Source: Phoronis australis (Eukaryota > Animalia > Phoronida). Taken from it: a stretch of 64,000 bases of DNA. Both the position numbers and the translations under genes were made by a program. Position 1 is the first letter of the stretch. Every line of letters starts with the position of its first letter. This document shows, in pieces, positions 1-11,492 of the stretch. Under the pieces are notes generated by a model that saw only the letters and a list, made by a program, of their open reading frames with translations, did no database searches and was not told the DNA's origin. The stretch lies in NCBI GenBank assembly GCA_002633005.1, contig NMRA01000146.1:307981-371980 (forward strand). Reading direction: 5' to 3'.

Positions 1-58
1 AGCACAAAACAAAAGTAGAATAGAACAGATTCGCACGGTAAAGTCAACGCAAAACCAA

Positions 59-217
59 GTGGCGGGAAACGCTTGCCTCCTAAAACGTCACTTCCGGAGT
101 AGCGGACGAGTAATTAATAAAATTACGAAAAGCTGTAATTAAGTGGAAAATATGTCTAGGATAACCAACCAACCTTATTTTAGCTCAAAACGACATGGAA
201 AAGGGTTGCCTTCGCCT
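59..217 (-). mobile_element. DNA transposon terminus (Kolobok-like), copy 1
   Basis: Near-identical to 9795-9952. Both copies end GGTTGCCTTCGCCT followed by TTAA, where the homology stops. Confidence 0.6.
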
Positions 218-2196
218 TTAAATCACGTTGCATACCAATAGAAAGCTCAATCATTCCCCTTTACAACAATACCACATTCTGTCAATAAATTGATGATATG
301 CTCAATGACTTAGCTGCCAAAAATTGTTTTGCCTTAAAGTTAATGATACAAATTTCCCTGTTTTGTCAAGGAACATAGTCGAGGAAAGAAAGACTGTGAA
401 TACGGATAAGAGAAAATTCAAGAGTACATCACCTAATTATCAGTGCATGGCTTACTCTTAGAGGACCATGGCTAGGATATTGTTGTTAGGGTCTCCGTTT
501 GTGCAACATACATGTAGGTCGTCTAAACGCACTTGAAAATGTGCACTTAATAATTTTTACATGTATTTCCAAAATTCGAGAAAATTTCAAATTTAGTGCG
601 ACAATTTTGCGTATGCAAAACTATTTTTTCCAGAGACTTCTCTCAGGAAAGATATAACGGAAACAACTCTCGCTCTGTGATTTGTTTTCTTGAAATTAAA
701 TATCACTTGAGAAATGTTGATGACCTAACAGATACACTGTAACACCTACTGCAGCGCATTTCCTGATCTTTGAAAGCAACTATTTTTGATATTTAGGGGC
801 CCAGCCCTTGAATGGAGCCATTGATGATATTAAAGTGACCACCATTTTCGTGTTTTTATTGACAAATTGTTAAGGGACAGCTCACGGAGAGAGGACCCAA
901 TATTGGAATCGATTATTTTTATTTTCCTATGTCAATCGTGCAACCGGCTTTAATGTTGAGGGAGTTCTCTACTTGCAGGGTCGAACGACGATGGAATGAA
1001 CTGTGACTCTTTTCCAAGCTTAATGATGTTTATGCCTTCATTTTAAAGTGTCCCATTTAGGGCGGGACGCTTTGTGGGTGGGGAGGTTCGGGGGAATTGT
1101 CCTTTGGTCCCTCTATACATGTACATGAAAATCCGACACTGTCAAGTATTCACGAGGAGAAGTTGAAATTCCAAATTCTCCAAAGGCAAAACGTTCGTGC
1201 ACAGCACAGCAGCATCAAGACATTCGACCCAAACTTCCAAAAACGTGAGAAATACAAAAGGACTGACCGCACTCAAAAAGGTGAAATTTTGAAGAACGTG
1301 GAAACCACTATTTGTGAATTACACAAAAATAACCATTTCTGATGATTATTTATAAACTAATGTAACTTCTTTCCCATAGTATCAAAAGAATAGTGTTTCT
1401 TTTTAAGATCGTTACTAGGAGTTGTTTGTAAGGAATTCGCACAAGTCGAAAAGACTGTCGAGTCTACGATTTGTGAAGACCGGGTACATATACATTGTAC
1501 ATGTACATGTTGAATGGGGGTTCTCAAAACATTCGCATTCATAAACAAAGAATTCAGCGTTTTTGGAGTCCAAGTTTGACTCGTGAGCCGTTATAGGTAC
1601 ACTGTACGTATAAAATGAGCAAAATTATAACTTAATACGAATTCCCAATCTCCCGTGTTCCCCGGCTACCCATCAAAAATCTGTAAGCATTCCTGCAGAA
1701 ATTGCTTTTAATATACCGTTACAATAAACAAAAAACGAAATAATTAAATGTGTAATAATAAACTCATTGCTTATTAACCTTGAAAGGTTGTCGTTGCACT
1801 TCTTTGATGTTTTTAGTTTCTAGTAGAATTGCGCAATGAATTTTTGTTCTTCAGCATTGAATCGTTGGCTTTCCATTCACAGACGGAATGCGTCACGACT
1901 GACGCACCTTCGTTAAAAATAAGGTATTACCAAGCAGTAGGTCTGCGCAGAATCTGAGTGATCCACGAGAACTGAATTTGAACTGCAAGCTTTGAAGTAT
2001 GTACATTTTGTGACACACTCTGTACCATTTTCCCAGCCACCAGTACATGTGTACAATGTAATTGAACTACCCGCCGTGTTTCAAAAAGGAACTTGAAAAG
2101 CCCCAAAGGCACTATACTAGGGACCTCGGTATTTCACCTTTTTAAAAAAATCCTTTTCCCGAAACTGGGTCTTTATAAAATTAATCTACATAAGCC

Positions 2197-2545
2197 TTAG
2201 AGCCAGCACAGACGGATAGGTACGAGGTAAGCTGCCTGTATCGAGTGAATCATAGCCGAGCTTTTAGTTCATCGAATTTCGTATCTCAGCTACAGTTACA
2301 TGTACTTAAGACAGCTCCCAGCTATACCCGTCAGTGCGCTGGGCCTGGGCCCATTCTTACTGTCAGTCAAACTTAACTGATTCACGGGTTACTCAAATCC
2401 TGATGGCTGCATCACTGGTATGTCGGCATCGGGAAAACGGGGGGAGGTCATGGCCATAACAAGGAAGGGGGAGAGGTAGTTTGTCGAAGTCGAATTGGTT
2501 TGTGCCCCCCCCCCCTCCCAATAATGTTTGCCTTCCTACGGAGCT
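2197..2545 (+). repeat. Dispersed repeat, related copy at about 56515-56890
   Basis: Shared blocks TTAGAGCC..GACGGA, GTGAATCATAGC, GTCAGTGC.CTGG..CT.GGCCCAT.CTTAC, CCTGATGGCTGCATC and GAAGTCGAA.TGGTTTGTGCCCCCC. Confidence 0.65.
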
Positions 2546-3014
2546 GAACTTCAATACTCCAACTGAGTACGCAACATTCACTTTGAGACCAAACCCTGTT
2601 TGGCAACAAAGTTACTAAATTCAATAATCATTTATTGGCGGAATGTGATATTTTTGGAAAGGGGAATGACTGGAATTTTTCATTTGTATACAGTAGGATT
2701 TAAGTAATAAAAACACCGGCGACTGAATACAAATTTCCAAACTTTTGCTGAGGTGTTGATTTGCATGCTCCTGACTATGCCAATCAACATGTACACTATA
2801 TAGCAGTTGTGTAACTAAACAGCAATGCTATCTGCACACAAAACTCGTTCTTAAAAAAATTAACAATTTTCAACGTTCCTCATATTACTATCGTCGCTAT
2901 AGGTTGCGTTTCTGCACCATTTTGACCGAGCAATCACTGAGATACGGAATTAACGTGCAAGTTCGTCTTGAAACAGAAACAAAAATAGGTACATGTACTC
3001 ATACATACGGTAAA

Positions 3015-3400
3015 ATTTCATTAACTTCGACTGGTTCGAGCTAATCATTTATTAATCTCGACCGTACGTTCACAAGTCAACTCAAACAAAACGTCCGACA
3101 TAATGTCTGTTCTACATGTATGTAGACAGAGCTGCGAAGCCTTGACTTGTGATGAACTCTTCAGTCACATTTAACAACCGACTCTCTATTGACAAACGCT
3201 GTAACTGCTGAATCCCTAGCTGCAACACAACTCAACTCTAACTCAACTTCAACATCAATTGGCTCACAGTTCTCTTGGTATTTTTAGCTTCTTAGAATGT
3301 CCTGGAACATTTCACCAGCAAACAAACACATTCTGGAACTTCTCATCAACCCACTCTAGAAGTTTGCGGGTTTTTCTAAACATAAACAAGGCGCTAAAGT
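3015..3400 (-). repeat. Dispersed LTR-like repeat, inverted copy of about 40470-40920
   Basis: CTCAAACAAAACGTCCGAC and GCGAAGCCTTGACTTGTGATGAACT are reverse complements of 40775-40852. Confidence 0.65.
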
Positions 3401-3741
3401 ATTCCAAACTATGGTTTTATTTTTTAATTAATAATGTGATGGAATGTCCTCTTGTTTTCGATTGTAAACAACTCACATCATCACTTGCCTGACCATATGG
3501 GTCATCCTCGTGGAATGTTCTCTAGTATTCTATTGCAAACAAATCGCCTGGAAGCCTGGTCCATGGTTTACGTCAATCAAGTGATATCTGCTACTACAAA
3601 ATAAGACTTATAGACCAAACCTAGTGTCTCCCTACTCCTAACAACATGGACTTTCATTGAAAGCAGAAGCACTGCAGGTTTCTGTGCGTCTCCGCAATAC
3701 ATTGGAAAAGCACTAGACTCATTGTTACGTCGTCTCCATAG

Positions 3742-4001
3742 GGGGCTATTACGTGTACTTGGAAACGACAAACGTAAAGCACAGATCGATGGCGAGACTG
3801 TATTCATGTAACTACACTCACAATGGGTCGACGGAACTGCAGTTCTGGTACCACATGAAGGGTGTATTCTTGGGCAGTCTCAATGTTTACGAAATGGTGG
3901 TTACCAACGCGACGGAAAAGCTGGTGTGGTCAAAGAGCGACGAGCAGGCTGACGACTGGATCGAGGCTCGGATCAACCTAACTACTTCAGGGCCCTTCCA
4001 G
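3742..4001 (+). CDS. MAM-domain membrane protein, internal exon (central MAM domain)
   Basis: ccatag| acceptor and CAG|gtttgt donor. Translates GYYVYLETT...ARLYS...LQFWYHMKGVFLGSLNVY...LVWSKSDEQADDWIEARINL...PFQ, the typical MAM pattern (GxYxYxE, FWYHMxG, LxVY, W..W). Confidence 0.9.
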
Positions 4002-4779
4002 GTTTGTGGAAGCGTCCCATGTTAGTTTAAGCTTGTAACAACTGTTTGACAAGCTAACCGCGCATTATATTTCATTTAGAGAGACCTTATCTTACGTTAC
4101 ACGGCGTTCGGCGTATTTTTACAAGGACCAATTGCTGGGGCCGATCGAATGTTCACGTTCCATTAAGACTTTGATGGATGATGTCTATTGATCAGTTAAA
4201 AGTGATTTTGTTTTAAATACAGCATGCGTTATACACTTCTTTTAAATAGACATTTTCCAACTTGCTTCAGTGGTCACACCTGTTTTCACTGTAGCGACTG
4301 TCGGGATACCTTCGAGTGACGAACTAATATCGTGATCCATAGCGTTGTTATTTTGTTGCATAATTAAAAGCGATTGCTTTCATATAATTCGTGCCTCAGA
4401 AACACATCCCAGATTCACATTCAGTGTAAGGTAAGGTTTCTAAGACATGTGAAAGTTTTAGTCTATCGTTATGTTGTTCCCTCGGTGCTCTCGCCGTGAC
4501 GTAATGTGCTGTAAAAACGCTAATCAATGTGTGATTTGACGTTCATGCCGCGTTTACTTGTGCAATTATTCTTGTCTTCGTGAATTGCTTAAACATTACT
4601 TCCTTCGTAGCTATAACATAACGAAAATGCTTAAGAAGGAAGGCTTTATTGTGGCCTGGTTATTCTAAGCAATAGATCCTCAGTACACATAAAATTACAC
4701 GATTAGATTGGGTTAAAACTTTAATAGCTTCTGGTTTTTACTAAACAAGTGAAATCACACATGGCGCGTCGTTTTCCAG

Positions 4780-4915
4780 ATTTTGTTCGAGGCAACGGTT
4801 GGCTCGTGGTTTTCAGACATCGCAATTGACGACATAGCAGTCATCCTTAAAGGTCTGCACGAGACGTCAACGAAAGACTCTCATGGTGATGTCGGAACGA
4901 CACAAAGCGAGCCTG
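4780..4915 (+). CDS. MAM-domain membrane protein, exon with MAM C-terminus and linker
   Basis: ttttccag| acceptor and G|gtaag donor; phase 0 join to the previous exon. Translates ILFEATVGSWFSDIAIDDIAVI..., containing the hallmark MAM IAIDDI motif. Not in the ORF track. Confidence 0.9.
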
Positions 4916-5528
4916 GTAAGCTTTTATTCCGCTACATGCTGATATAGCCGCAAGTACGACTGTATGTAAGTATATGTTTGTGAATTTGTTTACCTGCAAT
5001 AAAATTAAGCCGTATCTCGAAAGCACGTTGTTCAACATCGAGGAGTGTTCGCACAGGTCTATGAACTGAAATCCATGCTACTTTCGTTTATTAAAAGCCC
5101 GTGCTTCTTCAAATAATTTAAGAACTCTGGATTTAGAGCCTCTCCCCTGTGAAATTAGCCTCACTTTGTTCCTTACTTAATTGAGAAGTGATTTCTTGTG
5201 TTGGACACTACTTGGCACATAAAAACACCAGTCGTGGCAACCTAATTTTTTGGAATTTCAGCTAGGTAATTACAAATTGTTACTTCTTACACGAACGACA
5301 GACATCACCCCTAATTCGACACAGTAATGTCTTGAGGTCAATATCATAATGACGTGTGGCCAAATGTTTCGGATCAAAGTACGAAACTATTTATTTGACC
5401 GTCACCACTAAGATAGGTTCTCACTTTTGTCGATATCGATCGGTAATTTTAGTCAAACTCATATTGTATAGTTTGACACTTGCTACACGTTACACATGTA
5501 ACTGATAATTGTATCAAACTGTTTTCAG

Positions 5529-5908
5529 AATCAACAAACAGAAGAACAGAGAGGACAACAAAACCATTCCATCATAAGACCACTTCAGCCACAAACATTG
5601 AACATACATCACAGAGCACAATCTCCTCGAGAACTATTTATAGGTTCATCACCAAGACTGGGTTGTCGTCAGAAGAAATCGTGTTTGTTTCCATTGGGAT
5701 TGCTGTGTCCTTTTGTTTCTGGTCGGCAATATTTGTGCTGGTTATTTGGTACGTCAGGACTCACCCACGTTCTAAGTGGGAGATGATGAATATTAGTCAC
5801 CAGCTCCCCCTGACTGACTCCAACGGAGGCTTCGCCCCGGAAAAGGCCGAAGAAACATTTACAGATACATATTCAAACATCTCCTTTTCAGTTGAAACAG
5901 CTGCATAG
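5529..5908 (+). CDS. MAM-domain membrane protein, terminal exon (Thr/Ser stalk, TM helix, short tail)
   Basis: ttttcag| acceptor with phase 1 join. T/S-rich stalk, hydrophobic IVFVSIGIAVSFCFWSAIFVLVIWYV, tail ending DTYSNISFSVETAA-stop. Confidence 0.8.
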
Positions 5909-6284
5909 ATTTATACATGTACATTCGCTCTCTGTCAAATAATTGTCAAGCAGTGCAAATCTACATTCTCTTGTCCTCGGACTCTGACTAAATTTTTCAA
6001 TCAAGAAGATGTTCTTTCAATGCTCTATTTTACGAATTATTGGGACTTGATGTTGAATGTTCTGGTAGGTTGACTTAGGTACCCTGTGAAGTACAATATC
6101 TGGTCAGAATAATTGCACAGTCTGAAGCAAAATACAGATACACGTATTTCTTTAGTAGGCCGTTACTAACTTAAGTCTGGTGTGAGCTGATCGCCGACGT
6201 AAATTGCGAAGTTAATTGGACCGTTCATGTAGACCACTTAATGTATGAATGAGGTACCAACATCTGACCATAGGTGCACTTAGA

Positions 6285-6935
6285 TGTTACCTCAGTACTG
6301 TGTATATACAGAAGTTGACGTCTGCCATTGTCTGCACTCTGGGTGAGACTCTTTGGGACCTTACAAGGGGGTCAAAATGGGCTAGATTATATATTCGAGG
6401 TACCGGCCAAATCTGATTTAAAGCGGACAATAGTACTCCATATAATATTGAATGACCCATGACAGACAAATTGCACTCTGGAATGGGTCCGGCAGAAACC
6501 AAAATAGGCCGCCCCAAAATGGACTAGCTCATACATCTGAGGCACCACAAAAAACAATTCCACGTCCTTCAATACATACCACTGATCACAAAATGCCGCA
6601 TGACTGACAAAATACTCTTTCGTTGTGCCCTCCAGTAACCCCCGAACATCGGTCAACCACCGTACGCCATATTGGGAACTTGAGCTAAATTAAATAATCG
6701 ATGTAACACCCAAAACTAATTTAAAACGATCAATAGTATCGCACTGAACACCGGATGACCCATGACCGATAAATTGCACTCTGTTAAATAGTCTAATATG
6801 CATTTTAAATCAGTTTTGACCGGTACTTCGAATATTTAGCGTAGGTCATATTTAGCGCCATTGAAAGGTCCCCAGGGGTCACACCCAAAGTGCAGACAAA
6901 AGCAGATGGCCATTTTTGTATATGCTGAGGTGGAC
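6285..6935. mobile_element. MITE-like element with long imperfect inverted repeats
   Basis: 6285-6425 (ACCTCAG..TGTCTGCACTCTGGGTG..TTCGAGGTACCGGCCAAATCTGATTTAAA) is the inverse of 6803-6932 (TTTAAATCAG..ACCGGTACTTCGAA..CACCCAAAGTGCAGACA..CTGAGGT). Confidence 0.6.
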
Positions 6936-7501
6936 TTTATACGCTCCTGTGGTCAGTTTTAGGTTTCTCGTTCATCAACGCTTTGGGGTTGTCAGTTTAA
7001 TACCAGCTTCGGTAGTTACCGGCATCGATGTAAACGATTGGTGACGTAGTTGTCATCGAAATAATCGCAAAGTAATGCTAATGCCAGCCTCGAACCAAGC
7101 CTCAAGAATGCGGTTATCGGTTTAGCCATTTGAGGCTTGGTTATGAGAAATGAAGTATGTCGGAATTCTAACCCTTTTTTTCGGAAATCGCCGGAAGTTG
7201 CTTCAACTTTGCAGTATAATATAAAATGTAAACTAACGGTATATTGCAGCAATTAAGGTCTTAATTATTGCAAAACTGTTGTAATTTGATTGGAAAATAG
7301 ATTAATTCCTATGATACTATTAATAAAAAAATGTAAATAAGTACGCCAACAAACTTTATTTCAAAAAAAAGAAAAACAGTGACTTCTGCTTCATGAATGG
7401 CAGCAACAACGTCTATGAAAATAATTATAATCTACCTTTGTTCTAATGACGTCAATGCAGCGGCCAAACATTGAGCAGAAAATAATCCCAATAACCTGCC
7501 T

Positions 7502-7804
7502 CCCGTTCAGTTACTATAGGACCTCGCTAAAAAGCAAGACTTCGCGAGATTACGTGAGATATTGCCGTGCAATTTAAATGAGAACACGTGACTTTGACTA
7601 GGTTTTAGCTAGGTCCGAGCGTAGGTCCTAGCGTCTACTGAACGCACGCCAGCCCCCCGTTCAGTAACGCTAGGACCTCGCTAAAAGCAAAACTTCGCGA
7701 GATTACGTGAGATATTGCCGTGCATTTTAAATAAGAGCACGTGACTTTGTCTAGGTTTTAGCTAGGTCCTAGCGTAGGTTCCAGCGTCTACTGAACGCAC
7801 GCCA
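7502..7804. repeat. Tandem pair of ~150-bp palindromic MITE-like units
   Basis: Two near-identical units CCCGTTCAGT..TAGGACCTCGCTAAAA...AGCGTCTACTGAACGCACGCCA, each with terminal inverted repeats. Confidence 0.75.
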
Positions 7805-9438
7805 CGCACGTTTAACTGGGTAAACCGATCAGTGCCATCTTGAGGCATGGGGGCGAGGCTGCGCTGATGGATCCCGTCCACGCAAAGATTTTTTTAATGT
7901 GACAATCTGAGAATATTTACTTGTGCAAATTGACATTAAATTTATTTCTAGTTTGATTTTAGATTATTCTAGGAAAATATATGAAATAGCAACGACAATA
8001 CACCTTAATTGTTCACGATAGCAGTGTCCCCTCGCGATAATTTCGTTGAGACCGAAGTTGACTGTTTGTACTGCACCGCAGCGTCGACACTCTGCTGTTA
8101 AATCCATCAGTCCTCTGTACTGCCCTGTTATCCGGCGCTGTTCACTTGAGTCCTGTTTTTTGGATGATTTTCGAGGTTTGTCCAGTACTTTAAATTGTCA
8201 AAAGGGGCCACTTGTTTTCAATTGGAAATTTGACGTGTCTAATGTTCAATATATCATTGAAACAACATAGTTTCAAATTTCTCGTTGATGACTAGTGGCA
8301 TTACTTGTTCGTGTGTATCCATTTAAAATGTGACTTTGACAGGCTGAGTGAGATTGAATGTACATGCAGAGGGATAACGAATCAGCGCATGCAAAGAGCT
8401 ACAATGTACGAGCTGACCAGGGCCCGGTCTCCAATCTCCGTATTCAGACTCAAATCATACTCAAACTCACCCTTCATACTCAACTCGAGCACAGACTCAG
8501 CTTTGGTGTTTTCAATTTCATACTCTGTACTCGAAACTTCGAGAACGTACTCATTTTTCGAATATACTCGAAGCGAAGTGTATTTCATCTATATTTCGAG
8601 TACGATTTTGAGTAAAAATTCCGAGTACATGCTCCAAATTTCAAGTTTGGTTTGGCAGTGCGCTTGAAATCGTACTCAAAAATAAATACATGTACAGCAG
8701 AGTTGAGGCACCGACAAATTATTCCAAAACCGAAAAAAGAAAATATCGCAAAACCACTGAGAGACACAGCAAATGTTTGGCAAATTTAACTCCTCATACC
8801 ATATTTAAGGGCTTGAGACAATAGTTTTCATTATAAATCTTCTTTACTTTGACCCGTCGAATCACAGCACTTCATTGCCGCCAACTTGTGATTTTCTTAC
8901 TACTATTCCTGGTAACTGGCGAATTATAATCCCAGGTCGACCATTCATTACAATTTATGTCAAACTCATCTGTGAGGAAGTGATTTCCTTGGTTGAAGTG
9001 CGTATGCAACGGTTTGTACGTTCCTAAAGACGAGGAAAGTTAAAAAAAAAACATTTTGCTTCCCTTTCAGGTACATTTCACATCATACTTTAGTCATCGA
9101 TAATTCCTCAATCCCAGAATGATATTCCAGATTTTCTTTGCCGATTTATACACTGTAAGTAGACGTCTCGTCCCGTTCTCTGATGAACTCTGAATGCTTG
9201 TACACGTAGTGTTTTTTAACTCACGCGCCAAATGTCAGCTAACTTGATACATCCCGGTAGGCCTAACATACAAAGATACAGTAGGCCATAACAATATTTT
9301 GACATCAGCGTAGGCCTACACGGCATTGGGTTCTATGCAAGAGAGAACAGGGGTTGACAAGGAACCAAACAACTGCGGCCCAAAAATGTCGACTGGAGTT
9401 TTGAGCTGACGTGGGCAACCGGCTTACAAGAGAAGAAC

Positions 9439-9687
9439 TCAACCGCTGGCAATTAAAGNTTCAGCGTACAAATCCCTTTCGTAATCGGACGGCAGAAAGT
9501 GCTTGCCACACACACGGTAATTCTCCACTGCTTTGTACGTTGCGTGGACGGGTAACGCTGCGTTCTTCACACGAACGAGCCAAGTACGGCGAAGTGTGTC
9601 ATCCATCGGAAAGCGATGCAAAGGCACTCCCAAAGCGCGCGTGAGCCGATAATTACTACATCCCGGTACGCAGCAACAGTGTGGCAT
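9439..9687 (-). pseudogene. THAP zinc-finger domain (transposon-derived, truncated)
   Basis: MPHCCCVPGCSN...LHRFP...RRTWL...RVCGKHFLPSDY matches the C2CH THAP signature (CxVxGC, FP, W, CxxHF). Confidence 0.85.
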
Positions 9688-9952
9688 GTTGACTGACTAG
9701 TAAATGAAAGCGAACGACGACGGAACTTAACACAACCGAGGTAGAACAATGACTGACTCGGCAGCTCTCACAGTCAGACTATGTGAAAAGAAATTGGCGG
9801 GAAGCGCTTGCCTCCTAAAACGTCACTTCTGGAAAAGCGGACGAATAATTAATATAATTACGAAAAGCTGTAATTAAGTGAAAAATACGTCTAGGATAAC
9901 CAACCAACCTTATTTTAGCTCAAAATGACATGGAAAAAGGTTGCCTTCGCCT
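9439..9952 (-). mobile_element. Kolobok-like DNA transposon end carrying a THAP-domain ORF
   Basis: Minus strand starts TTAA|AGGCGAAGGCAACC, and a THAP ORF begins about 265 bp inside. TTAA target, RR terminus and THAP domain are Kolobok traits. Other end not found. Confidence 0.6.
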
Positions 9953-11315
9953 TTAAAGCACATCCAAACTTTTGAAATTCGACCTCCCGTCAAAAAATAT
10001 GTGCAATTCGAACTCTCCCCTAAAAATGTTGGTTGCAGGCCTGTGATATGGTACCTGATGCCCGGGTCACCGGCCGACCGCTGTATATACATGTATCACT
10101 GAGAAAGAAAATTTTATTCGTTGGTGTGACCATGCCAAGTTTAGAAGTAAATGAGTCAAGCGTGGAAAATGAACTCATTTTCCCCCTGGCTAAATCAGGC
10201 ACTGAGATTATGGCCGCTCCGGTCCGGCCGACTGACTTTCGTTAATGTGATAAGATGTTATAAGACTATTGTATTGAAACTGAAAAAATGAATAACAGTT
10301 ACACAACACTCAGCATTCCACGTAATACGCTTGTAGTTGTAGTGACAGCACACGTTAATTAACGTTACATTAATGTAGGTGCTAGGGTAGTCTATGCGAA
10401 TAGGGAGCGCTGAATCAGCGCGACTTAGCGTGGTTTTGCATTTCACATCATAAAGAGCTCCATAGCAACGCAAGTACGATTATCAGATTTTGAGTACGTT
10501 TGGAGTCTACTCAAAATGCGACACTAAATACGCTTTTGTGAGTACGACTCCAGTGAGCACGATTTTAAGTGTGAAATCTCGAGTTTGAGTATGAGTCTGA
10601 GTACCGAGATTGGAAGCCGCGTCCTGGTTGCCAGAAGTGAGCGATAGCTCAGTGACCTGGCACCTCCCAAGGAGTAAAAATACGGTATCATTTTGACTGA
10701 ACTAGCCATCAGATCTCATAAAAACGAGACACTCCCTATTTCGCTCGATTGTTTTCCACATAACGTATGCTGACAGCGCAGCTATAGTTCACTCATGAGA
10801 CAGCAAGCTCATCTGGTATCGCTCCCTCTGTGCTGGCTCTCGTAAACGAGAGAGATGATATTCGCTAGGTGGTGCTTATGGAAAATGGATCCTATTTTAT
10901 TCATCAAGAGTGATTTCAACTCAATTGGGAGTGTGGATAACATCAAGGGGGCGCTTATGGACAAAGTGACCCATGTGGTAACCAAGTTAAACCTGGAGCT
11001 GGACTCACTAGTACCTTCGAAAGAATTTTACACACCACTAAAAATCTCGATTTCAGTAAGTGAAACATTGATTGTTAAATGTAATTGTGTAGCCTGACGT
11101 TGAGAATGGACGTTGTATTTTACCCTGCCATTAGGTCTCTACAATGATGCATTTGTCAAATATCGATGAGGCCCGCCAAATGACCGCAGTACAAGGGTCA
11201 CCGCAGGCAGGTGCATTAGAACCGAGCAACTGCCTCAAGCGACAGATATCTGAGCCCATGACAGGTCACGCCAAGGCGTGATAATGCGACAACAGTAGAA
11301 TAAACTGGTCGCTAA

Positions 11316-11472
11316 TGTAATAGATTATGTATTGCGACCGCTAGATGGCGTGTTGTTTGAGGTACGCTCTCTATTGTCTGAAAAATGGATATCAAGTGAC
11401 TTCCTCAAAAATGGCTGTTGTTTGTCATTGAAGAACTGACTCGAATCGAATCTGGGATCATCAACGTTAACA
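11316..11472 (+). repeat. 5' LTR
   Basis: TGTAATAGATT...CGTTAACA; about 8 mismatches to 15548-15704. Confidence 0.95.
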
Positions 11473-11492
11473 GTTGGCGACGAGGTCGAAAA

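Noticed and set aside
979-1045. Upstream MAM exon candidate (ttgcag|GSNDDGMNCDSF...)
   Set aside because: Runs into a stop without a donor and lacks the CxFE/W/DHT MAM motifs.
8046-8767. Cluster of overlapping short ORFs
   Set aside because: Lie in ACTC-rich repeat sequence, with no recognisable domain or splice structure.
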